From positions 542 to 64,541 of the forward strand of contig CAZQRA010000005.1 of NCBI GenBank assembly GCA_964595575.1: a stretch of 64,000 nt of DNA. Reading direction: 5' to 3'. Positions 25,265 to 33,599 of this stretch are shown one piece after another. Within the stretch, counting starts at the first letter, position 1. Every line of letters begins with the position of its first letter. The notes under the pieces are model-generated. The model was given only the letters and a program-made list of their open reading frames with translations. It did no database searches and was not told the origin of the DNA. The DNA is from an uncultured Gaiellales bacterium (GTDB lineage Bacteria > Actinomycetota > Thermoleophilia > Gaiellales > Gaiellaceae). The translations under genes and the position numbers were made by a program.

Positions 25265-25880
25265 CCAGGATCGCCTCCAGCACGTCGGCCACGTTCTCGC
25301 AGGCGTCCACCGCCTCCTCCAGCTGCTCGTGGATCCCCTTCCAGCGGATGATGGAGACGGCGTCCTGGCCGGAGCGGAACAGGCCGGCGATGGCCTCGCG
25401 CACCAGCCGATCCCCCTCGTCCTCGAGCGCCCGCAGCTCGATCAGCTCCCTCTTCGAGTCCTTGAATCCCTCCAGCCTCTGGATCGCCTCGTCCAGCTTG
25501 ATGGCGGCCCGCAGGATCACGTCCGCCTGCCTGCGCGCCTCCTCGGGGATGCGCTTGACCCCGTAGAGCCCGAGCTCGTCGGCAGCCTCGTCCACGTGGT
25601 CGCAGATGTCGTCCAGGGCAGCCGCCAACCGGTACATGTCGTCGCGGTCGAACGGGGTCACGAAGGTACGGTTGAGGAGATCGACCAGGTCGTGTGTGAT
25701 GCGATCGCCCTCGTGCTCGCGGTCCTTGATGCGCCGGGCGAGCTCGCCGCTCTCGTCGGGGAAGCGCTCGAGCAGCTCCACGAGCAGGCGGGCGATCTCG
25801 ACCGCGTTCTGGGAGGCGCGGCTGTAGAGGTCGAAGAACTCGCGCTTGTGGGGAGTGAGTCGAAGTCGGGCCATCGTCAA
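25251..25880 (-). CDS. DUF47 / PhoU-like phosphate transport regulator
   Basis: FFDLYSRASQNAVEIARLL...EHEGDRITHDL...FVTPFDRDDMYRLAAALDDICD...LEDEGDRLVREA is the typical DUF47 (YkaA/PitR-like) helical repeat pattern. TTG 25880 or ATG 25874. Confidence 0.8.
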   Translation of the reverse strand: MTMARLRLTPHKREFFDLYSRASQNAVEIARLLVELLERFPDESGELARRIKDREHEGDRITHDLVDLLNRTFVTPFDRDDMYRLAAALDDICDHVDEAADELGLYGVKRIPEEARRQADVILRAAIKLDEAIQRLEGFKDSKRELIELRALEDEGDRLVREAIAGLFRSGQDAVSIIRWKGIHEQLEEAVDACENVADVLEAILVKNR

Positions 25881-25940
25881 CCCTGCTTCTACCAGGCCGG
25901 GCCGGCCGGTGCGTCCGCAGCCGCTGCTACGCTAGCTTCG

Positions 25941-26309
25941 GTGCCCCGGGAAATCCCCGATTTCCAGGCGTATTCCGGCGAGGAGCCGCCGCAGTTCGCC
26001 AACGAGGCCGAGCTGGAGTGCGCCAAGATCCTCGACTACTACCAAGTGCCCTGGCAGTACGAGCCGCGGACGTTCGTGCTCGAGGAGGACGAGGAGGGGC
26101 GAGTGGTGGAGGCGTTCACGCCCGACTTCTACCTCCCCGAGCAGGACCTCTACCTCGAGGTGACGGTCATGAAGCAGTCCCTCGTCACCCGCAAGAACCG
26201 GAAGCTGCGCAAGCTCAAGGAGCGCTACCCCGACGTCCGCATCAAGCTCTTCTACAAGCGCGACATTCTGCGCCTGGCCCAGCGCTACCGGCTCGACCTC
26301 GCCTCCTAG
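25941..26309 (+). CDS. hypothetical protein, PD-(D/E)XK nuclease-like core
   Basis: GTG 25941, in frame with track ORF 25329..26309 and preceded by TACGCT at 7 nt. AELECAKILDYYQVPWQYEPRTFVL....EAFTPDFYLPEQDLYLEVTVMK resembles the E...PDF...E-x-K restriction-endonuclease fold. The stop overlaps the hpt start (TAGTG). Confidence 0.55.
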   Translation: MPREIPDFQAYSGEEPPQFANEAELECAKILDYYQVPWQYEPRTFVLEEDEEGRVVEAFTPDFYLPEQDLYLEVTVMKQSLVTRKNRKLRKLKERYPDVRIKLFYKRDILRLAQRYRLDLAS

Positions 26310-26899
26310 TGGCGGAGGGGACCGCCCGCGCCAGCCGCCCGCCGCTCCCTGGACCGCCGCCGGATCCCCGCATCGGCGAGATCTTCCTCGGCGCCGAGGA
26401 GATCGCTGCCCGGGTGGCCGAGCTGGGAGCGGAGATCGGGGCCGACTACGCCGGCCGGGAGCCGCTGCTCGTGGGCGCCCTCAAGGCAAGCTGCGTGTTC
26501 TTGGCCGATCTCTCCCGAGCGATCCCCATCGTGCACGCCATCGACTTCGTGGAGCTGGCCGGCTACGGGGGGCGGGCCATGGGAGGGCACCGGGTGGTGC
26601 GCCTGCTCAAGGACCTCGACACCGACATCGGCGGCCGCGACGTCATCCTGGTCGAGGACGTGGTCGACACCGGCCTCACGCTCCGCTACCTGGTCAAGCT
26701 CCTGGGCCTGCGTCGACCGCGCTCGCTGGCCGCCTGCACCCTCCTCGACCGGCCCTACCGGCGCCTGGTGGAGGACCTGCCCGTACGCTACGTCGGGTTC
26801 GTCGTCCCCGACGAGTTCTTCGTCGGCTACGGGTTCGACCTGGACGAGCGCTACCGCAACCTGCCCGACCTGTACCGGGTACGGCTGGAGGCGGCGTGA
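26309..26899 (+). CDS. hpt: hypoxanthine phosphoribosyltransferase
   Basis: C-terminal part of track ORF 26018..26899: LVGALKASCVFLADL, PRPP-binding loop DVILVEDVVDTGLTL, and VGYGFDLDERYRNLP. Confidence 0.9.
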   Translation: MAEGTARASRPPLPGPPPDPRIGEIFLGAEEIAARVAELGAEIGADYAGREPLLVGALKASCVFLADLSRAIPIVHAIDFVELAGYGGRAMGGHRVVRLLKDLDTDIGGRDVILVEDVVDTGLTLRYLVKLLGLRRPRSLAACTLLDRPYRRLVEDLPVRYVGFVVPDEFFVGYGFDLDERYRNLPDLYRVRLEAA

Positions 26900-26906
26900 G
26901 GGATAT

Positions 26907-26934
26907 TTAGGGTAGTCTAACTTCTGGTTAGACT
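26907..26934 (+). promoter_or_regulatory. DtxR/IdeR/MntR-type operator overlapping the mntH -10 box
   Basis: TTAGGGTAGTCTAACTTCT (26907-26925) matches the IdeR/DtxR consensus TTAGGTTAGGCTAACCTAA at 14 of 19 positions by my count. Perfect inverted repeat AGTCTAAC-N5-GTTAGACT (26914-26934). TAGACT 26929-26934 lies 6 nt before ATG 26941. Confidence 0.6.
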
Positions 26935-26940
26935 GGGGCC

Positions 26941-28218
26941 ATGATGGCCACGCGGGCGGAGGCGCCGGCGGGAGCAGCCCGGATGCGGGAGGTGCTGGCG
27001 CGGGGGCGCCCGGGCCTGCGCATCCTTCCCTACCTGGGCCCGGCGTTCGTCGCCTGCGTCGCCTACATTGACCCCGGCAACTTCGCCACCAACATCGCCG
27101 CCGGCTCCAAGTTCGGCTACACGCTGGTGTGGGTCATCGTGGCCGCCAACCTCATGGCCATGCTCATCCAGACCCTCTCGGCCAAGCTCGGCATTGCCAC
27201 CGGGCGTAGCCTTCCCGAGCTGTGCCGGGAGCGCTTCTCCCGCAGGACGAGCATCGCGCTTTGGATCCAGGCCGAGGCCATCGCCATGGCTACCGACCTG
27301 GCCGAGTTCCTGGGGGCCGCCCTCGGCTTTCACCTCCTGCTCGGGATCGACCTCGCCACCGCCACCGTCCTCACAGGGCTCGCCACGCTGGCCATCCTCG
27401 GCCTGCAGCGGTTCGGCGTTCGCCCGGTGGAGGCCGTGATAGCCGGCTTCGTTGGCGTCGTGGGGCTGTCCTACGTGGCCGAGCTCTTCTACGCCAACCC
27501 GCCCTTGGGCACGGTGGCCCGTCACGCCGTCATCCCCCAGCTCGCTGGCAACGAGTCTGTCCTCCTGGCCGTCGGGATCCTGGGCGCCACCGTCATGCCC
27601 CACGTCATCTACCTCCACTCGTCCCTGACCCAGGAGCGGATCGTTCCCGAGACGCCGGCCGAGGCTCGGCTGCTCGTGCGCTACACGCGCATCGACGTCC
27701 TCGTGGCCATGTCCATCGCCGGTCTGATCAACGTGTCCATGCTGGTGGTAGCTGCCTCCGTCTTCTTCGGGAGCGGGCTCAGGGAGGTCGAGTCCTTGGA
27801 GGGCGCCCACCGTACCTTGGAGCCGATCCTGGGAGGAGCGGCGGGAACCCTGTTCGCGCTTGCCTTGCTCGCCTCCGGCCTCTCCAGCTCGGCCGTGGGC
27901 ACCATGGCGGGGCAGGTGGTCATGCAGGGGTTCATCCGCCGGCGTATCCCCCTTTTCGTGCGCCGCCTGGTGACCATGCTTCCCGCCTTCGTCGTCGTGG
28001 GCATGGGCCTCGACCCCTCGCGCACGCTCGTCATCAGCCAGGTCGTCCTCTCCTTCGGCATCCCCTTTGCCCTCGTCCCGCTGGTGTGGTTCACGAGCAG
28101 CAGGGAGGTCATGGGCGAGCTCGTGAACAGCCGGCTGACGACGGCCGCGGCGACCCTGATCGCCGCCCTCGTCGTCGCCCTCAACGTCTTCCTGCTCGGG
28201 CTGCAGGCGTTCCGCTAG
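26941..28218 (+). CDS. mntH: Nramp-family divalent metal (Mn2+/Fe2+) transporter
   Basis: LGPAFVACVAYIDPGNFATNIAAGSKFGY and ATVMPHVIYLHSSL are hallmark Nramp motifs. About 11 TM segments. Confidence 0.92.
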   Translation: MMATRAEAPAGAARMREVLARGRPGLRILPYLGPAFVACVAYIDPGNFATNIAAGSKFGYTLVWVIVAANLMAMLIQTLSAKLGIATGRSLPELCRERFSRRTSIALWIQAEAIAMATDLAEFLGAALGFHLLLGIDLATATVLTGLATLAILGLQRFGVRPVEAVIAGFVGVVGLSYVAELFYANPPLGTVARHAVIPQLAGNESVLLAVGILGATVMPHVIYLHSSLTQERIVPETPAEARLLVRYTRIDVLVAMSIAGLINVSMLVVAASVFFGSGLREVESLEGAHRTLEPILGGAAGTLFALALLASGLSSSAVGTMAGQVVMQGFIRRRIPLFVRRLVTMLPAFVVVGMGLDPSRTLVISQVVLSFGIPFALVPLVWFTSSREVMGELVNSRLTTAAATLIAALVVALNVFLLGLQAFR

Positions 28219-28277
28219 CGCCTGCGCGGGCCCCAGCTGCCGCCGAGCGGCGATGGGCTAGGCGGAAGACCCGACCC

Positions 28278-29453
28278 TCACAGGTACCCTAGGGGGTCGA
28301 CGGCGACGCCCCCGACGCGCACCTCGAAGTGGAGGTGGGGGCCGAAGGAGTGCCCGGTCGACCCCACCGTCCCCACGACCTCCCCCTGGCCTACCGCTTG
28401 TCCCGTGGACACCGAGATGGAGGAGAGGTGGGCATAGGCGGTCGCGAGCCCGCCGCCGTGGTCGACCACGACTAGGTTCCCGTAGCCCCCCATCCAGCCG
28501 GCGTAGATGACCTGGCCCCCCGCCGCCGCCCGCACAGGCGCTCCCATGGGGGCGGCGATGTCGATGCCCTCGTGCATCCGCCCCCACCGCATCCCGTAGG
28601 CGCTCGTCACCGGGCCCGAGACCGGCCACACGAAGCCGGCCGCCGACGGAGTGGCGGCGGGTCGAGCGACGGCCTGGGCGGCTCGGATCCGCGCCGCCAG
28701 CTCGGCGCTTGCCCGCTCCAGGGCCTCGATCTCGGCGAGCTCGGCCCGCTCGCGCCGGGTGAGCGACGCCAGCGCCCGCTCCCTGTCTTCCCTCTGGGAG
28801 GCGACTGCGTCCCGGGCAGCGACGAGCTGGCGGCGGAGCGCCCGCGCCTGCTGGACGCGGACGGCGATCGCCCTGGCCTCCTGCCTCACCCGCTCCCGGG
28901 CAGATCGAGTCTGGGCAAGCGCTAGCCGAGCCTGGCGACGGCGCTCTGCCACCTCCTCGGCGATGCGCTTGTCCTGATCCCCGATCGCCCGCAGGTAGTC
29001 GACAGCATCGAGGAGCTCGCTGAAGCTTGCGGTGGAGAGGAGCAAACTCACCGGGTCTGCCTCCTCCGTCTCGTACAGGCCCACCAGCCTCTCGTTGAGC
29101 CGGTCGATGGCCACCGCGTACTCGCGGCGGGCAAGCTGCAGCCTCTCCCTCTGCAGGGCGAGCAGGGCGCTCAGCCGCTCGAGCTTCCTGGTCCGGAGCG
29201 AGAGCTCCTGCTCGAGCGGGGCCAACCGCGCCGACACGTCGCCCACCTGGGCCTCGAGCGCCCGGATCCGCTGGGCAATGGCGGCGATCTCCGCGCGCAG
29301 GGCCTCCTCCCCCGCCCGGGTTCGATCTACCCGCTCCCTGAGCGCGGCGATGCGGGAGTCGACCGCCTGCTTCTTGTCGACGAGGGAGTCGGCAAAAGCA
29401 GGAGCGGCCACCACCAGAAGGAGCAAGGTGAAGAGGGCCAGTCTCCTCGCCAT
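28278..29453 (-). CDS. M23 peptidoglycan DD-metalloendopeptidase with long coiled-coil N-terminus (EnvC-like)
   Basis: Signal peptide, ~250 aa of heptad-rich coiled coil, then the LytM domain: WPVSGPVTSAYG....HEGIDIAAPMGAPV...VVVDHGGGLATAYAHL...GSTGHSFGPHLHFEV. Confidence 0.88.
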   Translation of the reverse strand: MARRLALFTLLLLVVAAPAFADSLVDKKQAVDSRIAALRERVDRTRAGEEALRAEIAAIAQRIRALEAQVGDVSARLAPLEQELSLRTRKLERLSALLALQRERLQLARREYAVAIDRLNERLVGLYETEEADPVSLLLSTASFSELLDAVDYLRAIGDQDKRIAEEVAERRRQARLALAQTRSARERVRQEARAIAVRVQQARALRRQLVAARDAVASQREDRERALASLTRRERAELAEIEALERASAELAARIRAAQAVARPAATPSAAGFVWPVSGPVTSAYGMRWGRMHEGIDIAAPMGAPVRAAAGGQVIYAGWMGGYGNLVVVDHGGGLATAYAHLSSISVSTGQAVGQGEVVGTVGSTGHSFGPHLHFEVRVGGVAVDPLGYL

Positions 29454-29486
29454 CGCCTTGGGTGTTCGCCGAGGGATCGGAAGATC

Positions 29487-29828
29487 CTAGCGAGGGGCGG
29501 GGACGCTCGCCTTCCCCCCGGGCAGAGCGTCCGCCTCGAGCGCCCGTAGCGCCGCCGCCGCCTCCCTCCTCAGGAGGCCGACCATGGCTCGGTAGTCCTC
29601 GTCGGAGATCGTCCCCGCGCGGTGGTCGAGCTCGAGCTCCTTGAGGGCCGCCAGGGCCCGGTCGCGCTGCTCCACGAGCTCCAGACGCCGCCGCTCGGCC
29701 GGGGAGAGGTCGGCCAGGGTGTCGCCCTCGGGCGGAACGTCGGGCTCGCGCAGGAAGGGGAGGGCCACGAAGAGCACCGCCGCCACGGCCAGGAGGGCGC
29801 CGCCCAGGAGGAAGGGCGCGTCGGTCAT
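29487..29828 (-). CDS. small membrane protein (TM + coiled coil), possible cytochrome c maturation accessory (CcmI-like N-terminus)
   Basis: ATG 29828 overlaps the ccmF TGA (ATGA): MTDAPFLLGGALLAVAAVLFVALPFL... followed by a charged helical region. The function is positional inference. Confidence 0.45.
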   Translation of the reverse strand: MTDAPFLLGGALLAVAAVLFVALPFLREPDVPPEGDTLADLSPAERRRLELVEQRDRALAALKELELDHRAGTISDEDYRAMVGLLRREAAAALRALEADALPGGKASVPAPR

Positions 29829-31819
29829 GCCTCGACCAGGGCTCCCGGCTGGAGGTAGCGTTGGGCCAGCCTCCGGGCCTCCCTCCGATCGGGCCACATG
29901 GCGAGGAGGGAGCCGGCGACGAAGACCGCTCCCGCCAGCCAGATGAGGCTCACGAGCGGGTTGACGAACGCCTTCAGGTACACGCTGCCGTCGCGGTCGA
30001 TCTGGTCGACGACGACGTAGAGGTCGTCGCCCGTGAGCCAGTCGGTGCGGATCGCGACCTCGGTGGAGAAGAAGGCCTCTACCGGGTAGCGGTTCTTCCC
30101 CGGCTGGAGGAGGGCTACCTCCTTACCGTCCCTGCTCACCGCGACCTCCGCCCGATCCTCGCGGCGGTTGTCCACCCAGCGGCTGGTCAGGCCCTGGTAC
30201 CGGAGCTCGTAGCCGCCCACGGTGAGGGACTGGCCGGGCCTCAGCCTGGCCTCCCCCGCCGACTGGTAGCCGCTCGAGGAAGCGACGCCGATGGCCAGGA
30301 GCACCACCGCCGCGTGCACGACGTAGCCCCCGTAGCGTCGGCGGTTGCGCGCCACCAGCTCGACCAGAGCCTGGCCCCACCCCCCTCCGTGGGCGGCCCT
30401 CCGAGCCTTGGTGCCCCGCCCCACCTCGAGGACGATGGAGGCGAGCACGAAGGCCGAGAACGTGTAGGCAAGGAGCCCGGGGAGGTAGGAGCCCGCCCCT
30501 AGGGCGACAAGGAGGGCGCCCGTCGCGAGAGCGGCCGCCCCCGGCCAGGCGAGCGCTCGTGCCAGCGACCGCAGGGAGGCCCGCCGCCAGGCAATGAGGG
30601 GTCCCAGCCCCATGAGGAGGAGGAGCGGAAGCCCGAACACGCGCAGGAAGAAGTTGTAGTAGGGCCGACCCACGGTGACGGCCTCTCCCCGCACCGCCTC
30701 CGACACGAGCGGGAACGCGACCCCCCAGAGGATGGTGAGGGTGAGGGCGACGAGGAGCAGGTTGTTGTAGAGGAAGGCCGCCTCCCGGGAGATGGGCGAC
30801 TCCAGCCGGGTCCTCGCCCGCAGGAGCGGAAGCCGCCGCAGGATGAGGACGACCGAGAAGACGACGACGAGCACGATGAAGCCGAAGAACCAGCCTCCGA
30901 TCGAGCTCTGGGTGAACGAGTGGATCGAGCTGACGACGCCGGAGCGGGTGAGGAAGGTGCCGAACAGAGACAGCGCGAAGGCCAGGGCTACAAGCGAGAC
31001 GTTCCACACCTTGAGCATGCCCTTCTTCTCCTGCACCATCACCGAGTGGAGGTAGGCGGTGGTCGCCAGCCACGGCATGAGGGCGGCGTTCTCCACAGGA
31101 TCCCAGCCGTAGTAGCCGCCCCAGCCGATCTCCTCGTAGGCCCACTTGGCTCCCAAGAGCTGGCCGACCCCGAGGAAGGCCCAGGCGGCAAGCGTCCATC
31201 GGCGAGTGAGGACGATCCACAGCTCGTCCCGGCGCCCAGCCATGAGCGCCCCCATGGCGAAGGCGAAGGGCACCGTCAGCCCCACGAACCCCAGGTAGAG
31301 GAAGGGAGGATGGGCCGCCATGTAGGGGTTCTGGAGGCTGGGGTTGAGACCTCTTCCCTCGAGGGGAGCAGGCTGGGTGACGAAGGGGCTGGCCACGGCG
31401 ACGAGGAGGAGCGAGAAGAACACCTGCACGGAAGCGAGCACCGGTACCGTCCAAGCCACGACGTCCTGGTACCGGCGGCGGGTATGGAGCACGGCCAGCG
31501 CTGAGTACCCGCTGAGGACAAGCAGCCAGAAGAGGAGCGACCCTTCCTGCCCTCCCCAGAAGGCCGGCAACGTGTACTGGAAGGGAAGCTTGGTACTCGT
31601 GTAGGCGGCCACGTAGGCGTTGGAGAAGTCGCGGCCGAGGAGCGCTGCCACCAGGACGCCGGAGGCAGCCAGCGCGGCCAGGAAGGAGGCGATCAGGGCG
31701 TTCTGGGCCGACGCCGAGAGCCGCCGGCGGCGGGAGCGGGCGGCAAGGGCGCCGGCAACGAGGGCGTAAGCCGAGAGGCCCAGGCAGACGACGAGAGCGG
31801 CTCTGCCGAGCTCGGCCAC
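29825..31819 (-). CDS. ccmF: cytochrome c-type biogenesis heme lyase CcmF
   Basis: 664-aa polytopic protein with the WWD-type region (WGGYYGWDPVENAALMPWL) and conserved His-containing loops; it follows ccmE. Confidence 0.9.
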   Translation of the reverse strand: MAELGRAALVVCLGLSAYALVAGALAARSRRRRLSASAQNALIASFLAALAASGVLVAALLGRDFSNAYVAAYTSTKLPFQYTLPAFWGGQEGSLLFWLLVLSGYSALAVLHTRRRYQDVVAWTVPVLASVQVFFSLLLVAVASPFVTQPAPLEGRGLNPSLQNPYMAAHPPFLYLGFVGLTVPFAFAMGALMAGRRDELWIVLTRRWTLAAWAFLGVGQLLGAKWAYEEIGWGGYYGWDPVENAALMPWLATTAYLHSVMVQEKKGMLKVWNVSLVALAFALSLFGTFLTRSGVVSSIHSFTQSSIGGWFFGFIVLVVVFSVVLILRRLPLLRARTRLESPISREAAFLYNNLLLVALTLTILWGVAFPLVSEAVRGEAVTVGRPYYNFFLRVFGLPLLLLMGLGPLIAWRRASLRSLARALAWPGAAALATGALLVALGAGSYLPGLLAYTFSAFVLASIVLEVGRGTKARRAAHGGGWGQALVELVARNRRRYGGYVVHAAVVLLAIGVASSSGYQSAGEARLRPGQSLTVGGYELRYQGLTSRWVDNRREDRAEVAVSRDGKEVALLQPGKNRYPVEAFFSTEVAIRTDWLTGDDLYVVVDQIDRDGSVYLKAFVNPLVSLIWLAGAVFVAGSLLAMWPDRREARRLAQRYLQPGALVEA

Positions 31820-31837
31820 GTCCCGGGTCCGCGGCGC

Positions 31838-32242
31838 CTAGCCGCGGGCGCCCGGCGGCGCCGGACGGTACTTCGAGGGGCACTTGGTGATCATGGAGCC
31901 CGGCTCGGCCACGAACACGCCGCCCCGGAGCCGCCCCTCGATCACGATGTGCCGGCCGGCCCGGAACAGGTCGGGCACCGTGCCCGTGTACAGGACCGGC
32001 ACCGAAGCGGAGCCCTGGATGTCGCGAAGGCGGAAGCGGAGGCCGCCGGCGTGGGCGTCGCCGCGTACCGGCCCCACCACCTTCCCGGTCAGTCGCACCG
32101 AGCCGGTGCGCCCGCGCAGCTCGCCTGGCTGGAGCTGGGGGATCCCGCCCCCGGCCAGCGAGGTGTACAGGAGGAAGACGGCAAGCGCGGCCGCGACGCC
32201 GAGCGCCACCACCAACCGCGCCGGGCTGCGCGAGCGGGCCAC
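31838..32242 (-). CDS. ccmE: cytochrome c maturation heme chaperone CcmE, CxxxY variant
   Basis: TM anchor plus an OB-fold pattern (VRLTGKVV...LRFRLRD...VPVLYTGTVPDLFRAGRHIVIEGRL). The C-terminal MITKCPSKY replaces the canonical HxxxY heme-binding motif. Confidence 0.85.
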   Translation of the reverse strand: MARSRSPARLVVALGVAAALAVFLLYTSLAGGGIPQLQPGELRGRTGSVRLTGKVVGPVRGDAHAGGLRFRLRDIQGSASVPVLYTGTVPDLFRAGRHIVIEGRLRGGVFVAEPGSMITKCPSKYRPAPPGARG

Positions 32243-32281
32243 AGGGCTTGATTGTAGACCTCTTCGGCCGGGCCGGCGCGC

Positions 32282-32524
32282 TCAGCTCCCGGGGGCCCTC
32301 GTGGAGCCGCGGGTGGGCACCCGGTAGCCGTGCTCGACGCAGAGCGCGCCGGGCGACTCCTCGGTGAGAGCGTCGCAGTAGCCCTTGCCGTAGGCAGCGC
32401 GGATGAAGGCCGCCACGACTTCCAGGCTCCACTCGCCGATCTCGTCGGCCTCCCGCCACAGGTCGGCCAGGCGCAGGTCGATGTCGAGCTCGAGGAGGTC
32501 GAGGCGCGTGGGGCGTGCGGCCAT
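32282..32524 (-). CDS. hypothetical small protein
   Basis: 80-aa ORF with strong GC3 bias, 40 nt upstream of ccmE on the same strand. No recognisable motif. Confidence 0.4.
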   Translation of the reverse strand: MAARPTRLDLLELDIDLRLADLWREADEIGEWSLEVVAAFIRAAYGKGYCDALTEESPGALCVEHGYRVPTRGSTRAPGS

Positions 32525-32598
32525 GTTTTCTACCCTAGAGAGGGCATCGGACGGATCGGCATGGACCCCCTCCCGCCGCTGCGCTACCGTGAGCCGCC

Positions 32599-33522
32599 AT
32601 GGCAGCGATCCGCTTCGGCCCAGCGAGGGTGCCCGCCCGCGACAGCCCGGAGCGGGCCGTCTCCCTGCTCAGGGAAGCGGGCTACACCGCCTGCGAGATC
32701 GACTTCGAGGGGAAGTTCTGGATGGACTGGGAGTTTGCCCGCCGGCTGGGGGCGGTGGCGCGGCGGGCGGGGATCGTCCTGTCCGTGCACGCGCCCATCG
32801 CCGGCTTCCTGGGGCACGCCGAGCGGGGCAAGAAGCTCAACATGGCGGTGGGCATGCTCGACCACTCGGCCGGCATCGCCAAGGCCTGCGGAGCCGAGCT
32901 GGTCGTCTTCCACCCCGGCTTTCTCCTGGGCAGGACGCGGGAGCAGGCCCTGGACGCCGTGGTCGAGCAGCTCGGCGAGCTGCGGGCGCGCCTGGAGGGC
33001 AAGGGGCGAGCGGTCGCCTTTGGCTGCGAGGTGATGGGCAGGGCGCGCGAGCTGGGTAGCCTCGAGGACGTGCTGGAGATCTCGAGGCGCACGGGCTGGG
33101 TACGACCGGTGCTCGATTTCGCCCACATGCACGCGACCAGCGACGGGGCCTTCACCGACGTGGAGGCCTTCGCCTCCGCTCTCGCCGCCGTCGATCGGGT
33201 GCTTGACCCCGGGGCGCCCTTCCACATCCACTTCTCCGACATCGCCTACGCCAACCGGAACGAGACGAAGCACCTGCCCTACGGGGAGGGCACGCTGCGC
33301 GCCGAGCCGCTGGGTCAGGCGCTCGCCCGGTTCGAGCGGCCGGCCACGGTCATCGGAGAGTCCCCCGATCCCGAGTCCAACCAGGCCATCTGGCAGGCGC
33401 TGCAGGCCGGGGTGCGGCAAGCCGGGGTCCCTTCCCGGCCAGGCGCCGACTCCCCCCGACCTGACCAGCACCTGAGCCCAGCCGGCGCTTGCGCCGCTAC
33501 GCGGTGCGGCGGGCCTGCGTAG
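32599..33522 (+). CDS. xylose isomerase-like TIM-barrel protein (sugar phosphate isomerase/epimerase or endonuclease IV-like)
   Basis: AP_endonuc_2-like pattern: GYTACEI...LSVHAP...VVFHPGF...LDFAHMHA...HIHFSD. TACCGT lies 8 nt before the ATG. Confidence 0.65.
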   Translation: MAAIRFGPARVPARDSPERAVSLLREAGYTACEIDFEGKFWMDWEFARRLGAVARRAGIVLSVHAPIAGFLGHAERGKKLNMAVGMLDHSAGIAKACGAELVVFHPGFLLGRTREQALDAVVEQLGELRARLEGKGRAVAFGCEVMGRARELGSLEDVLEISRRTGWVRPVLDFAHMHATSDGAFTDVEAFASALAAVDRVLDPGAPFHIHFSDIAYANRNETKHLPYGEGTLRAEPLGQALARFERPATVIGESPDPESNQAIWQALQAGVRQAGVPSRPGADSPRPDQHLSPAGACAATRCGGPA

Positions 33523-33587
33523 GGCTCCGGCTGGAGTCTCGGGCGGATCGCCCGCTCGCTCCTCGGGCACGCCCCTTCCGTCTTCCC

Positions 33588-33593
33588 TAGCAT
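33588..33593 (+). promoter_or_regulatory. -10 box TAGCAT, 6 nt before GTG 33600 (leaderless-type promoter)
   Basis: TAGCAT-cagggc-GTG, with no Shine-Dalgarno sequence. Confidence 0.35.
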
Positions 33594-33599
33594 CAGGGC

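Noticed and set aside
30123-32459. 778-aa minus-strand ORF
   Set aside because: It is out of frame over ccmF and ccmE, Arg/Pro/Gly-rich, with no motifs.
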